A stretch of 64,000 nt of DNA from Eledone cirrhosa. Taxonomy: Eukaryota. Of this stretch, positions 51,701 through 64,000 are shown piece after piece; the stretch's first letter is position 1, and each line of letters opens with the position of its first letter. The position numbers and the translations under genes were made by a program. Under the pieces are notes generated by a model. It did no database searches. It saw only the letters and a program-made list of their open reading frames with translations, and was not told the DNA's origin. The stretch is taken from the NCBI GenBank assembly GCA_964016885.1, contig OZ024744.1, positions 106,640,001 to 106,704,000 on the forward strand. The letters run 5' to 3'.

Positions 51701-54700
51701 GTGTGGTGAATATTTTCGCACTCAGTGATCCCTTGATATCTGTAGGGTTATTCATGTTGGTGTGGTGAATACCTTGGTCTTCATTGATCCCTAGTCATCT
51801 GTAGAGGTGTTCATGTTAGTGTGGTGAATACCTTGGCCTTCATTGATCCCTAGTTATATGTAGGGTTGTTCCTCTTGGTGTGGTGTATACCTTGGCCCTC
51901 ATTGATCCCTAGATAACTGTAGTGTTGTTCATGTTGGTTTGGTGAATACCTTGGCCCTCATTGATCCCTAGTTATCTGTAGAGTTGTTCTTGTTGGTGTG
52001 GTGAATACCTTGGCCTTCATTGATCCCTAGTTAACTGTAGGGTTGTTCTTGTTGGTGTGGTGAACATCTTGGCCTTCCTTGATCCCTAGTTATCTGTAGG
52101 GTTGTACTTGTTGGTGTGGTGAATATCTTGGCCTTCCTTGATCCCTAGTTATCTGTAGGGTTGTTCATGTTGGTGTGGTGAATATCTTGGCCTTCCTTGA
52201 TCCCTAGTTATCTGTAGGGTTGTTTATGTTGGTGTAGTGAATACCTTGGCCTTCATTGATCCCTAGATATCTGTAGGGTTTCTCATGTTGGCGTAGTGAA
52301 TACCTTGGCCTTCCTTGATACCTAGTTATCTGCAGGGTTGTTCTTGTTGGTGTGGTGAATGCCTTGGCCCTCATTGTTCCCCAGTTATCTGTAGGGTTGT
52401 TCCTGTTGGCGTGGTGAATACCTTGGCCCTCATTGATCCCTGTTATCTGTAGGGTTGTTCATGTTGGTGTGGTGAATACCTTGGCCCTCATTGTTCCCCA
52501 GTTATCTGTAGGGTTGTTCCTGTTGGCGTGGTGAATACCTTGGCCCTCATTCATCCCTAGTTATCTGTAGTGTTGTTCATGTTGGTGTGTTGAATACCTT
52601 GGCCCTCATTGATCCCTAGTTATCTGTAGGGCTGATCTTGTGGGTGTGGTGAATACCTTGCCCTTTAGTGATCCCTAGATATCTGTAGGGTTGTTCCTGT
52701 TGGCATGGTGAATAACATGGCCCTCATTGATCCCTAGTTATCTGTAATCTTGTTCTTGTTGGCGTGGTGAATACCTTGGCCTTCATTGATCCCTAGTTAT
52801 ATGTAGGGTTGTTCCTCTTGGTGTGATGAATACCTTGGCCCTCATTGGTCCCTAGATATCTGTATTGTTGTTCATGTTGGTTTGGTGAATAACTTGGCCC
52901 TCATTGATCCCTAGTTATCTGTAGAGATGTTCATGTTGGTGTGGTGAATATCTTGGCCCTCATTGATCCCTTGTTATATGTAGGGTTGTTCATGTTGGTG
53001 TGGTGATTACCTTGTCCTTCATTGATCCGTAGTTATCTGTAGAGTTGTTCATGTTGGTGTGGTGAATACCTTGGCCTTCATTGATCCCTAGATATCTGTA
53101 GGGTTGTTCTTGTTGGTGTGGTGAATATCTTGGCCTTCCTTGATCCCTAGTTATCTGTAGGGTTGTTCTTGTTGGTGTGGTGAATGCCTTGGCCCTCATT
53201 GTTCCCCAGTTATCTGTAGTGTTGTTCATGTTAGTGTGATGAATATCTTGGCCTTCCTTGATCCCTAGTTATCTGTAGGGTTGTTTATGTTGGTGTAGTG
53301 AATACCTTGGCCTTCATTGATCCCCAGATATCTGTAGGGTTTCTCATGTTGGCGTGGTGAATACCTTGGCCTTCCTTGATCCCTAGTTATCTGCAGGGTT
53401 GTTCTTGTTGGTGTGGTGAATGCCTTGGCCCTCATTGTTCCCCAGTTATCTGTAGGGTTGTTCTTGTTGGCGTGGTGAATACCTTGGCCCTCATTGATCC
53501 CTGTTATCTGTAGGGTTGTTCATGTTGGTGTGGTGAATACTTTGGCCCTCATTGATCCCTAGTTATCTGTAGGGTTGTTCATGTTGGTGTGGTGAATACC
53601 TTGGTCTTCCTTGATCCCTAGTTATGTGTAGGGTTGTTCTTGTTGGTGTTGTGAATACCTTGGCGCTCATTGATCCCTAGTTATGTGTAGGGTTGTTCAT
53701 GTTGGTGTGGTGAATACCTTGCCCTTCATTGATCCCTAGATATTTGTAGGGTGTTTCATGTTGGCGTGGTGAATACCTTGGCCTTCCTTGATCCCTAGTT
53801 ATCTGTAGGGTTGTGCCTGTTGGTGTGGTGAATACCTTGGCCCTCATTGATCCCTAAATATCTGTAGGGTTGTACTTGTTGGTGTCGTGAATACCTTGAC
53901 CTTCCTTGATCCCTATTTATCTGTAGAGTTGTTCTTGGTGTGGTGAATACCTTGGCCTTCATTGGTCCCTAGTTATCTGTAGGGTTGTTCCTGTTGGCGT
54001 GGTGAATAACTTGGCCTTCATTGATCCCTAGATATCTTTAGGGGTGTTCTTGTTGGTTTGGTGAATACCTTGGCCCTCATTGATCCCTAGTTATCTGTAG
54101 TGTTGTTCTTGTTGGCATGGTGAATACCTTGGCCCTCATAGATCCCTAGTTATCTGTAGAGTTGTTCCTGTTGGCGTGGTGAATACCTTGGCCCTCATTG
54201 AACCCTAGTTATCTGTAGTGTTGTTCATGTTGGTGTGTTGAATACCTTGGCCCTCATTGATCCCTAGCTATCTGTAGGGTTGATCTTGTGGGTGTGGTGA
54301 ATACCTTGCCCTTTAGTGATCCCTAGATATCTGTAGGGTTGTTCCTGTTGGCATGGTGAATAACATGGCCCTCATAGATACCTAGTTATCTGTAGTGTTG
54401 TTCATGTTGGTTTGGTGAATACCTTAGCCCTCATTGATCCCTAGTTATCTGTAGAGATGTTCATTTTGGTGTGGTGAATATCTTGGCCCTCATTGATCCC
54501 TTGTTATCTGTCGGGTTGTTCATGTTGGTGTGGTGATTACCTTGCCCTTCATTGAGCCGTAGTTATCTGTAGAGTTGTTCATGTTGGTGTGGTGAATACC
54601 TTGGCCTTCATTGATCCCTAGTTATCTGTAGGGTTGTTCTTGTTGGTGTGGTGAATATCTTGGCCTTCCTTGATCCCTAGTTATCTGTAGGGTTGTTTAT

Positions 54701-57700
54701 GTTGGTGTAGTGAATACCTTGGCCTTCATTGATCCCTAGATATCTGTAGGGTTTCTCCTGTTGGCGTGGTGAATACCTTGGCCTTCCTTGATCCCTAGTT
54801 ATCTGTAGGGTTGTTCTTGTTGGTGTGGTGAATGCCTTGGCCCTCATTGTTCCCCAGTTATCTGTAGGGTTGTTCTTGTTGGCGTGGTGAATACCTTGGC
54901 CCTCATTGATCCCTAGTTATCTGTAGGGTTGTTCATGTTGGTGTGGTGAATACCTTGGTCTTCCTTGATCCCTAGTTATGTGTAGGGTTGTTCTTGCTGG
55001 TGTGGTGAATACCTTGGCCTTCATTGATTCCTAGATATTTGTAGGGTGTTTCATGTTGGTGTGGTGAATACCTTGGCCTTCCTTGATCCCCAGTTATCAG
55101 TAGGGTTGTTCATGTTGGCGTGAATACCGTGGCTTTCCTTGATCCCTAGTTAGCTGTAGGGTTGTTCCTGTTGGTTTGGTGAATACCGAGGCCTTCCTTG
55201 ATCCCTTGATATCTGTAGCGTTGTTCTTGTTGGTGTGGTGAATACATTGGCCTTCCTTGATCCCTAGTTATCTGTAAGGTTGTTCATGTTGGTGTGGTGA
55301 ATACCTTGGCCTTCCTTGATCCCTAGTTATCTGTAGGGTTGTTAATGTTGGTGTGGTGCATACCTTGACCCTCATCGATCACTAGTTATCTGTAGGGTTC
55401 TTCATGTCGGTGTGGTGCATACCTTGGCATTCAGTGATCCCTAGTTAACTGTAGGGTTCTTCATGTTGGTGTGGTGAATACCTTGACCCTCATTGATCAC
55501 TAGTTATCTGTAGGGTTGTTCATTTTGGTGTGGTGAACACCTTGGCTTTCCTTGATCCCTAGTTATCTGTAAGGTTCTTCATGTTGGTGTGGTGCATAAC
55601 TTGGCCCTCATTGATCCCTAGTTATCTGTAGGGTTCTTCATGTTGGTGTGGTGAATACCTTGGCCATCCTTGATCCCTAGTTATCGGTAGGGTTATTCCT
55701 GTTGGTGTGGTGAATACCTTGGCCTTTATTGATCCCTAGTTATCTGTAGAGGTGTTCATGCTGGTGTGGTGAATACCTTAGCCCTCATTGTTCCCCAGTT
55801 ATCTGTAGGGTTGTTCATTTTGTTGTGGTGAATACCTTGGCTTTCCTTGATCCCTAGTTATCTGTAGGGTTGTTCATGTTGGTGTGTTGAATACCTTGGC
55901 CTTCCTTGATCCCTAGTTATCTTTAGGGTTGTTCTTGTTGGTGTGGTGTATACCTTGGCCTTCCTTGATCCCTAGTTATCTGTAGGGTTGTTCTTGTTGG
56001 TGTGGTGTATACCTTGGCCTTCCTTGATCCCTAGTTATCTGTAGGATTGTTCTTGTTGGTGTGGTGAATAACCCTGGCCTTCCTTGATCCCTAGTTATCT
56101 TTAGGGTTGTTCATGTTGGTGTGGTGTATACCTTGGCGTTCGTTGATCCTTAGTTATCTGAAGGGTTGTTCTTGTTGGTGTGGTGAATACCTTGGTACTC
56201 ATTGATCCCTAGATATCTGTAGCGTTGTTCTAGTTGGTGTGGTGAATACCTTGGCCCTCATTGATCCCTAGATATCTGTAGGGTTGTTCCTGTTGGTTTG
56301 GTGAATACCTTGGCCTTCCTTTATTCCTAGATATCTGTAGGGTTGTTCCTCCTGGTGTGATGAATACCTTGGCCCTCATTGTTCCCCAGTTATCTGTAGG
56401 GTTGTTCATTTTGTTGTGGTGAATACCTTGGCTTTCCTTGATCCCTAGTTATCTGTAGGGTTGTTCTTGTTGGTGTGGTGTATACCTTGGCCTTCCTTGA
56501 TCCCTAGTTATCTGTAGGGTTGTTCTTGTTGGTGTGGTGTATACCTTGGCCTTCATTGATCCCTAGATATTTGTAGGGTGTTCCATGTTGCCGTGGTGAA
56601 TACCTTGGCCTTCCTTGATCCCTAGTTATCTGTAGGTTTGTTCTTGTTGGCGTGGTGAATACCTTGGCCCTCATTGATCCCTGTTATCTGTAGGGTTGTT
56701 CTTGTTGGCGTGGTGAATACCTTGGCCCTCATTGATCCCTGTTATCTGTAGGTTTGTTCTTGTTGGCGTGGTGAATACCTTGGCCCTCATTGATCCCTGT
56801 TATCTGTAGGGTTGTTCATGTTGGTGTGGTGAATACCTTGGCCTTCCTTGATCCCTAGTTACGTGTAGGGTTGTTCTTGTTGGTGTGGTGAATACCTTGG
56901 CGCTCATCGATCCCTAGTTATCTGTAGGGTTGTTCATGTTGGTGTGGTGAATACCTTGGCCTTCATTGATCCCTAGATATTTGTAGAGTGTTCCATGTTG
57001 GCGTGGTGAATACCTTGGCCTTCCTTGATCCCTAGTTATCTCTAGTGTTGTGCCTGTTGGTGTGGTGAATACGTTGGCCCTCATTGATCCCTGTTATCTG
57101 TAGGGTTGTTCATGTTGGTGTGCTGAATACCTTGGCTTTCCTTGATCCCTAGTTATCTGTAGGGTTGTTCATATTGGTGTGGTGAACACCTTGGCTTTCC
57201 TTGAACCCTAGTTATCTGTAGGGGTGTTCATGTTGGTGTGGTGCATACCTTGGCCCTCATTGATCCCTGGATATTTGTAGGGATGTTCATGTTGGTGTGG
57301 TGAATACCTTGGCCCTCATTGATCCCTAGTTATCTGTAGTGTTCTTCATGTTGGTGTGGTGAATACCTTGGCCTTCCTTGATCCCTAGTTATCTGTAGGG
57401 TTGTTCATGTTGGCGTGGTGAATACCGTGGCTTTCCTTGATCCCTAGTTATCTGTGGTGTTGTTCCTGTTGGTTTGGTGAATACCTTGGCCTTCCTTGAT
57501 CCCTAGATATCTGTAGCGTTGTTCATTTTGGTGTGGTGAACACCTTGGCTTTCCTTGAACCCTAGTTATCTGTAGGGGTGTTCATGTTGGTGTGGTGCAT
57601 ACCTTGACCCTCATTGATCCCTAGATATCTGTAGGGTTGATCATGTTGGTCTGGTGAATACCTTGGCCTTCATTGATTCCTAGTTATTTGTAGGGTTCTT

Positions 57701-60700
57701 CATGTTGGTGTGGTGCATACCTTGACCCTCATTGATCACTAGTTAACTGTAGGGTTCTTCATGTTGGTGTGTTGAATACCTTGGCCCTCATTGATCCCTA
57801 GTTATCTGTAGAGTTCTTCATGTTGGTGCGGTGAATACCTTGACCCTCATTGATCACTAGTTATCTGTAGGGTTCTTCATGTTGGTGTGGTGCATACTTT
57901 TGCCCTCATTGATCCCTAGTTATCTGTAGGGTTGTTCAATTTGGTGTTGTAAACACCTTGGCTTTCCTTGATCCCTAGTTATCTGTGAGGTTCTTCATGT
58001 TGGTGTGGTGCATACCTTGGCCCTCATTGATCCCTAGTTATCTGTAGGGTTCTTCATGTTGGTGTGGTGAATACCTTGGCCATCCTTGATCCCTAGTTAT
58101 CGGTAGGGTTATTCATGTTGGTGTGGTGAATACCTTGGCCTTCCTTGATCCCTAGTTATCTGTAGGGTTGTTCATGTTGGTGTGTTGAATACCTTGGCCT
58201 TCCTTGATCCCTAGTTGTCTCTAGGGTTGTTCTTGTTGGTGTGGTGAATACCTTGGCCTTCATTGATCCCCAGTTATCTGTAGGGTTGTTTTTGTTGGTG
58301 TGGTGTATACCTTGGCCTTCATTGATCGCTAGTTATCTGTAGGGTTGATCATGTTGGTGTGGTGAATACCTTGGCCTTCCTTGATCCCTTGTTGTCTCTA
58401 GGGTTGTTCTTGTTGGTGTGGTGAATACCTTGGCCCTCATTGATCCCTAGTTATCTGTACGGTTCTTCATGTTGGTGTGGTGCATACCTTGGCCCTCATT
58501 GATCCCTAGTTATCTGTAGGGTTCTGCATGTTTGTGTGGTGAATACCTTGGCCATCCTTGATCCCTAGTTATCGGTTGGGTTATTCATGTTGGTGTGGTG
58601 AATACCTTGGCCTTCCTTGATCCCTAGTTATCGGTAGGGTTGTTCCTGTTGGTGTGGTGAATACCTTGGCCTTCATTGATCCCTAGTTATCTGTAGTGGT
58701 GTTCATATTGCTGTGGTGAATACCTTGACCCTCATTGTTCCCCAGTTATCTGTAGGGTTGTTCATGTTGGTGTGGTGAATACCTTGGCCTTCCTTGATCC
58801 CTAGTTATCTGTAGGGTTGTTCTTGTTGGTGTGGTGAATACCTTGGCCTTCATTGATCCCTAGTTTTCTGTAGGGTTATTCTTGTTGATGTGGTGTATAC
58901 CTTGGCCTTCAGTGATCCCTAGTTATCTCTAGGGTTCTTCATGTTGGTGTGGTGAATACCTTGGCCTTCATTGATCCCTAGTTATCTGTAGGGTTGTTCT
59001 TGTTGGTGTGGTGTATACCTAGGCCTTCATTGATCCCTAGTTATCTGTAGGGTTGTTCATGTTGGTGTGGTGAATACCTTGACCCTCATTGATCTCTAGT
59101 TATCTGTAGGGTTGTTCTTGTTGGTGTGGTGAACACCTTGGCCTTCCTTGATCCTTAGTTATCTTTAGGGTTGTTCTTGTTGGTGTGGTGTATACCTTGG
59201 CCTTCCTTGATCCCTAGTTATCTGTAGGGTTGTTCTTGTTAGTGTCGTGAATACCTTGGCCTTCCTTGATCCCTAGATATCTGTAGGGTTGTTCCTGTTG
59301 GTTTGGTGAATACCTTGGCCTTCCTTGATTGCTAGATATCTGTAGGGTTGTTCCTCTTGGTGTGGTGAATACCTTGGCCCTCATTGTTCCCCATTATCTG
59401 TAGGGTTGTTCTTGTTGGTGTGGTGAACACCTTGGCCTTCCTTGATCCCTAGTTATCTTTAGGGTTGTTCTTGTTGGTGTGGTGTATACCTTGGCCTTCC
59501 TTGATCCCTAGTTATCTCTAGGGTTGTTCTTGTTGGTGTGGTGAATACCTTGGCCTTCCTTGATCCTTAATTATCTGTAGGGTTGTTCTTGTTGGTGTGG
59601 TGAATACCTTGGCCTTCCTTGATCCCTAGATATCTGTAGGGTTGTTCCTGTTGCTTTGGTGAATACCTTGGCCTTCGTTGATTCCTAGATATCTGTAGGG
59701 TTGCTCCTCTTGGTGTGGTGAATACCTTGGCCCTCATTGTTCCCCAGTTATCTGTAGGGTTGTTCATTCTGGTGTGGTGAATACCTTCGCTTTCCTTGAT
59801 ACCTAGTTATCTGTTGGGTTGTTCCTGTTGGTGTGGTGAATACCTTGGCGTTCCTTGATCCTTAGTTATCTGTAGGGTTGTTCTTGTTGGTGTGGTGAAT
59901 ACCTTGGCCTTCCTTGATCCCTAGATATCTGTAGGGTTGTTCCTGTTGTTTTGGTGAATACCTTGGCCTTCCTTGATTCCTAGATATCTGTAGGGTTGTT
60001 CCTCTTGGTGTGGTGAATACCTTGGCCCTCATTGTTCCCCAGTTATCTGTAGGGTTGTTCATTCTGGTGTGGTGAATACCTTCGCTTTCCTTGATCCCTA
60101 GTTATCTGTAGGGTTGTTCATGTTGGTGTGTTGAATACCTTGGCCTTCCTTGATCGCTAGTTATCTTTAGGGTTGTTCTTGTTGGTGTGGTGCATACCTT
60201 GACTCTCATTGATCCCTAGTTATCTGTAGGGTTCTTCATGTTGGTGTGGTGAATACCTTCGCCTTCCTTGATACCTAGTTATCGGTAGGGTTATTCATGT
60301 TGGTGTGGTGAATACCTTGGCCTTCCTTGATCCCTAGTTATCGGTAGAGGTGTTCATGTTGGTTTGGTGAATACCTTGGCCCTCATTGTTCCCCAGTTAT
60401 TTGTAGGGTTGTTCATTTTGGTGTGGTGAATACCTTGGCTTTCCTTGATACCTAGTTATCTGTAGGGTTGTTCATGTTGGTGTGTTGAATACCTTGGCCT
60501 TCCTTGATCCCTAGTTATCTTTAGGGTTGTTCTTGTTGGTGTGGTGTATACCTTGGCCTTCCTTGTTCCCTAGTTACCTGTAGGGTTGTTCATGTTGGTG
60601 TGTTGAATACCTTGGCCTTTCTTGATCCCTAGTTATCTCTAGGGTTGTTCTTGTTGGTATGGTGAATACCTTGGCCTTCATTGATCCCTAGTTATCTGTA

Positions 60701-63700
60701 GGGTTGTTCTTGTTGGTGTGGTGTATACCTTGGCCTTCATTGATCCCTAGTTATCTGTAGGGTTGTTGATGTTGGTGTGGTGAATACCTTGACCCCTATT
60801 GATCCCTAGTTATCTGTAGTGTTGTTCATGTTGGTGTGGTGAATACCTTCGCCTTCCTTGATCCCTAGTTATCTTTAGGGTTGTTCTTGTTGGTGTGGTG
60901 TATACCTTGGCCTTCCTTGATCCCTAGTTATCTGTAGGGTTGTTCATGTTGGTGTTTTGAATACCTTGGCCTTCCTTGACCCCTAGTTATCTGTAATGTT
61001 GTTCATGTTGGTGTGGTGAATACCTTGGCCTTCCTTGATCCCTAGTTATCTGTAGGGTTGTTCATGTTGGCGTGGTGAATACCGTGGCTTTCCTTGATCC
61101 CTAGTTATCTGTGGTGTTGTTCCTGTTGGTTTGGTGAATACCTTGGCCTTCCTTGATCCCTAGATATCTGTAGCGTTGTTCATTTTGGTGTGGTGAACAC
61201 CTTGGCTTTCCTTGAACCCTAGTTATCTGTAGGGGTGTTCATGTTGGTGTGGTGCATACCTTGACCCTCATTGATCCCTAGATATCTGCAGGGTTGATCA
61301 TGTTGGTCTGGTGAATACCTTGGCCTTCATTGATTTCTAGTTATTTGTAGGGTTCTTCATGTTGGTGTGGTGCATACCTTGACCCTCATTGATCACTAGT
61401 TAACTGTAGGGTTCTTCATGTTGGTGTGTTGAATACCTTGGCCCTCATTGATCCCTAGTTATCTGTAGAGTTCTTCATGTTGGTGCGGTGAATACCTTGA
61501 CCCTCATTGATCACTAGTTATCTGTAGGGTTCATCATGTTGGTGTGGTGCATACTTTGGCCCTCATTGATCCCTAGTTATCTGTAGGGTTGTTCAATTTG
61601 GTGTTGTAAACACCTTGGCTTTCCTTGATCCCTAGTTATCTGTGAGGTTCTTCATGTTGGTGTGGTGCATACCTTGGCCCTCATTGATCCCTAGTTATCT
61701 GTAGGGTTCTTCATGTTGGTGTGGTGAATACCTTGGCCATCCTTGATCCCTAGTTATCGGTAGGGTTATTCATGTTGGTGTGGTGAATACCTTGGCCTTC
61801 CTTGATCCCTAGTTATCTGTAGGGTTGTTCATGTTGGTGTGTTGAATACCTTGGCCTTCCTTGATCCCTAGTTGTCTCTAGGGTTGTTCTTGTTGGTGTG
61901 GTGAATACCTTGGCCTTCATTGATCCCCAGTTATCTGTAGGGTTGTTTTTGTTGGTGTGGTGTATACCTTGGCCTTCATTGATCGCTAGTTATCTGTAGG
62001 GTTGATCATGTTGGTGTGTTGAATACCTTGGCCTTCCTTGATCCCTTGTTGTCTCTAGGGTTGTTCTTGTTGGTGTGGTGAATACCTTGGCCTTCATTGA
62101 TCCCTAGTTATCTGTAGGGTTGTTCTTGTTGGTGTGGTGTATACCTTGGCCTTCCTTGATCCCTAGTTATCTGTAGAGTTGTTCATGTTGGTCTGGTGAA
62201 TACCTTGACCCTCATTGATCCCTAGTTTTCTGTAGGGTTGTTCATGTTGGTGTGGTGAATACCTTGGCCTTCATTGATCCCTAGTTATCTGTACGGTTCT
62301 TCATGTTGGTGTGGTGCATACCTTGGCCCTCATTGATCCCTAGTTAACTGTAGGGTTCTGCATGTTTGTGTGGTGAATACCTTGGCCATCCTTGATCCCT
62401 AGTTATCGGTTGGGTTATTCATGTTGGTGTGGTGAATACCTTGGCCTTCCTTGATCCCTAGTTATCGGTAGGGTTGTTCCTGTTGGTGTGGTGAATACCT
62501 TGGCCTTCATTGATCCCTAGTTATCTGTAGTGGTATTCATGTCTGTGGTGAATACCTTGACCCTCATTGTTCCCCAGTTATCTGTAGGGTTGTTCATTTT
62601 GGTGTGGTGAATACCTTCGCTTTCCTTGATCCCTAGTTATCTTTAGGGTTGTTCTTGTTGGTGTGGTGTATACCTTGGCCTTCCTTGATCCCTAGTTATC
62701 TGTAGTGTTGTTCATGTTGGTGTGGTGAATACCTTGGCCTTCCTTGATCCCTAGTTATCTGTAGGGTTGTTCTTGTTGGTGTGGTGAATACCTTGGCCTT
62801 CATTGATCCCTAGTTTTCTGTAGGGTTGTTCTTGTTGATGTGGTGTATACCTTGGCCTTCAGTGATCCCTAGTTATCTCTAGGGTTCTTCATGTTGGTGT
62901 GGTGAATACCTTGGCCTTCATTGATCCCTAGTTATCTGTAGGGTTGTTCTTGTTGGTGTGGTGTATACCTTGGCCTTCATTGATCCCTAGTTATCTGTAG
63001 GGTTGTTCATGTTGGTGTGGTGAATACCTTGACCCTCATTGATCCCTAGTTATCTGTAGGGTTGTTCATGTTGGTGTGGTGCATACCTTGACTCTCATTG
63101 ATCCCTAGTTATCTGTAGGGTTCTTCATGTTGGTGTGGTGAATACCTTGGCCTTCCTTGATTCCTAGTTATCGGTAGGGTTATTCATGTTGGTGTGGTGA
63201 ATACCTTGGCCTTCCTTGATCCCTAGTTATCGGTAGGGTTATTCATGTTGGTGTGGTGAATACCTCTGCCTTCATTGATCCCTAGTTATCTGTAGAGGTG
63301 TTCATGTTGGTTTGGTGAATACCTTGGCCCTCATTGTTCCCCAGTTATCTGTAGGGTTGTTCATTTTGGTGTGGTGAATACCTTGGCTTTCCTTGATCCC
63401 TAGTTATCTGTAGGGTTGTTCATGTTGGTGTGTTGAATACCTCGGCCTTCCTTGATCCCTAGTTATCTTTAGGGTTGTTCTTGTTGGTGTGGTGTATACC
63501 TTGGCCTTCCTTGTTCCCTAGTTATCTGTAGGGTTGTTCATGTTGGTGTGTTGAATACCTTGGCCTTCCTTGATTCCTAGATATCTGTAGGGTTGTTCCT
63601 CTTGGTGTGGTGAATACCTTGGCCCTCATTGTTCCCCATTATCTGTAGGGTTGTTCTTGTTGGTGTGGTGAACACCTTGGCCTTCCTTGATCCCTAGTTA

Positions 63701-64000
63701 TCTTTAGGGTTGTTCTTGTTGGTGTGGTGTATACCTTGGCCTTCCTTGATCCCTAGTTATCTCTAGGGTTGTTCTTGTTGGTGTGGTGAATACCTTGGCG
63801 TTCCTTGATCCTCAGTTATCTGTAGGTTTGTTCTTGTTGGTGTGGTGAATACCTTGGCCTTCCTTGATCCCTAGATATCTGTAGGGTTGTTCCTCTTGGT
63901 GTGGTGAATACCTTGGCCCTCATTGTTCCCCAGTTATCTGTAGGGTTGTTAATTTTGGTGTGGTGATTACCTTCGCTTTCCTTGATACCTAGTTATCTGT
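18655..64000. repeat. 59-bp satellite DNA array, roughly 770 head-to-tail monomers, continuing past the window end
   Basis: Consensus gttggtgtggtgaataccttggcc(c/t)tc(a/c)ttgatccctag(t/a)tatctgtagggttgttc(a/t/c)t, period 59 (e.g. ttggtg at 18661 and 18720). Single orientation and no foreign insertions noticed. Confidence 0.99.

Noticed and set aside
50486-60062. Short minus-strand ORFs inside the satellite as genes
   Set aside because: They are chance stop-free runs. The 59-bp unit is not a multiple of 3, so the peptides cycle through all three frames.
18655-64000. CRISPR array
   Set aside because: Monomers are contiguous with no unique spacers, there are no cas genes, and the context is an intron-containing eukaryotic genome.

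Overview
AT-rich eukaryotic (animal) genomic DNA, most likely a cephalopod (Octopus-like), judged from the SINE and the RTE 3' UTR. The window opens with the last two coding exons of GABARAP/Atg8 (1371-1825, +). Next comes a dense stack of decayed mobile elements: a 5'-truncated tRNA-derived SINE with an 18-bp TSD, a GC-rich CRE-like RLE retrotransposon fragment bracketed by 39-bp inverted repeats, a ~4-kb 69/72-bp minisatellite abutting a Helitron PIF1 helicase 3' end, two RTE LINEs and two R4/Dong-like RLE LINEs, one of them split by the younger RTE. From ~18.66 kb to the end of the window (>45 kb) runs a 59-bp satellite with kb-scale higher-order duplications. The main observation is that this monomer is a piece of LINE reverse-transcriptase coding sequence (EQPYRYLGINEGQGIHHTNM) and that the array is still joined in register to the LINE remnant it came from. 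A second, smaller array (52 bp x 10) has grown from the endonuclease RPD motif of the neighbouring LINE. There are no prokaryotic systems, rRNA/tRNA genes or CRISPR arrays. Family assignments come from motif recognition, not database searches.
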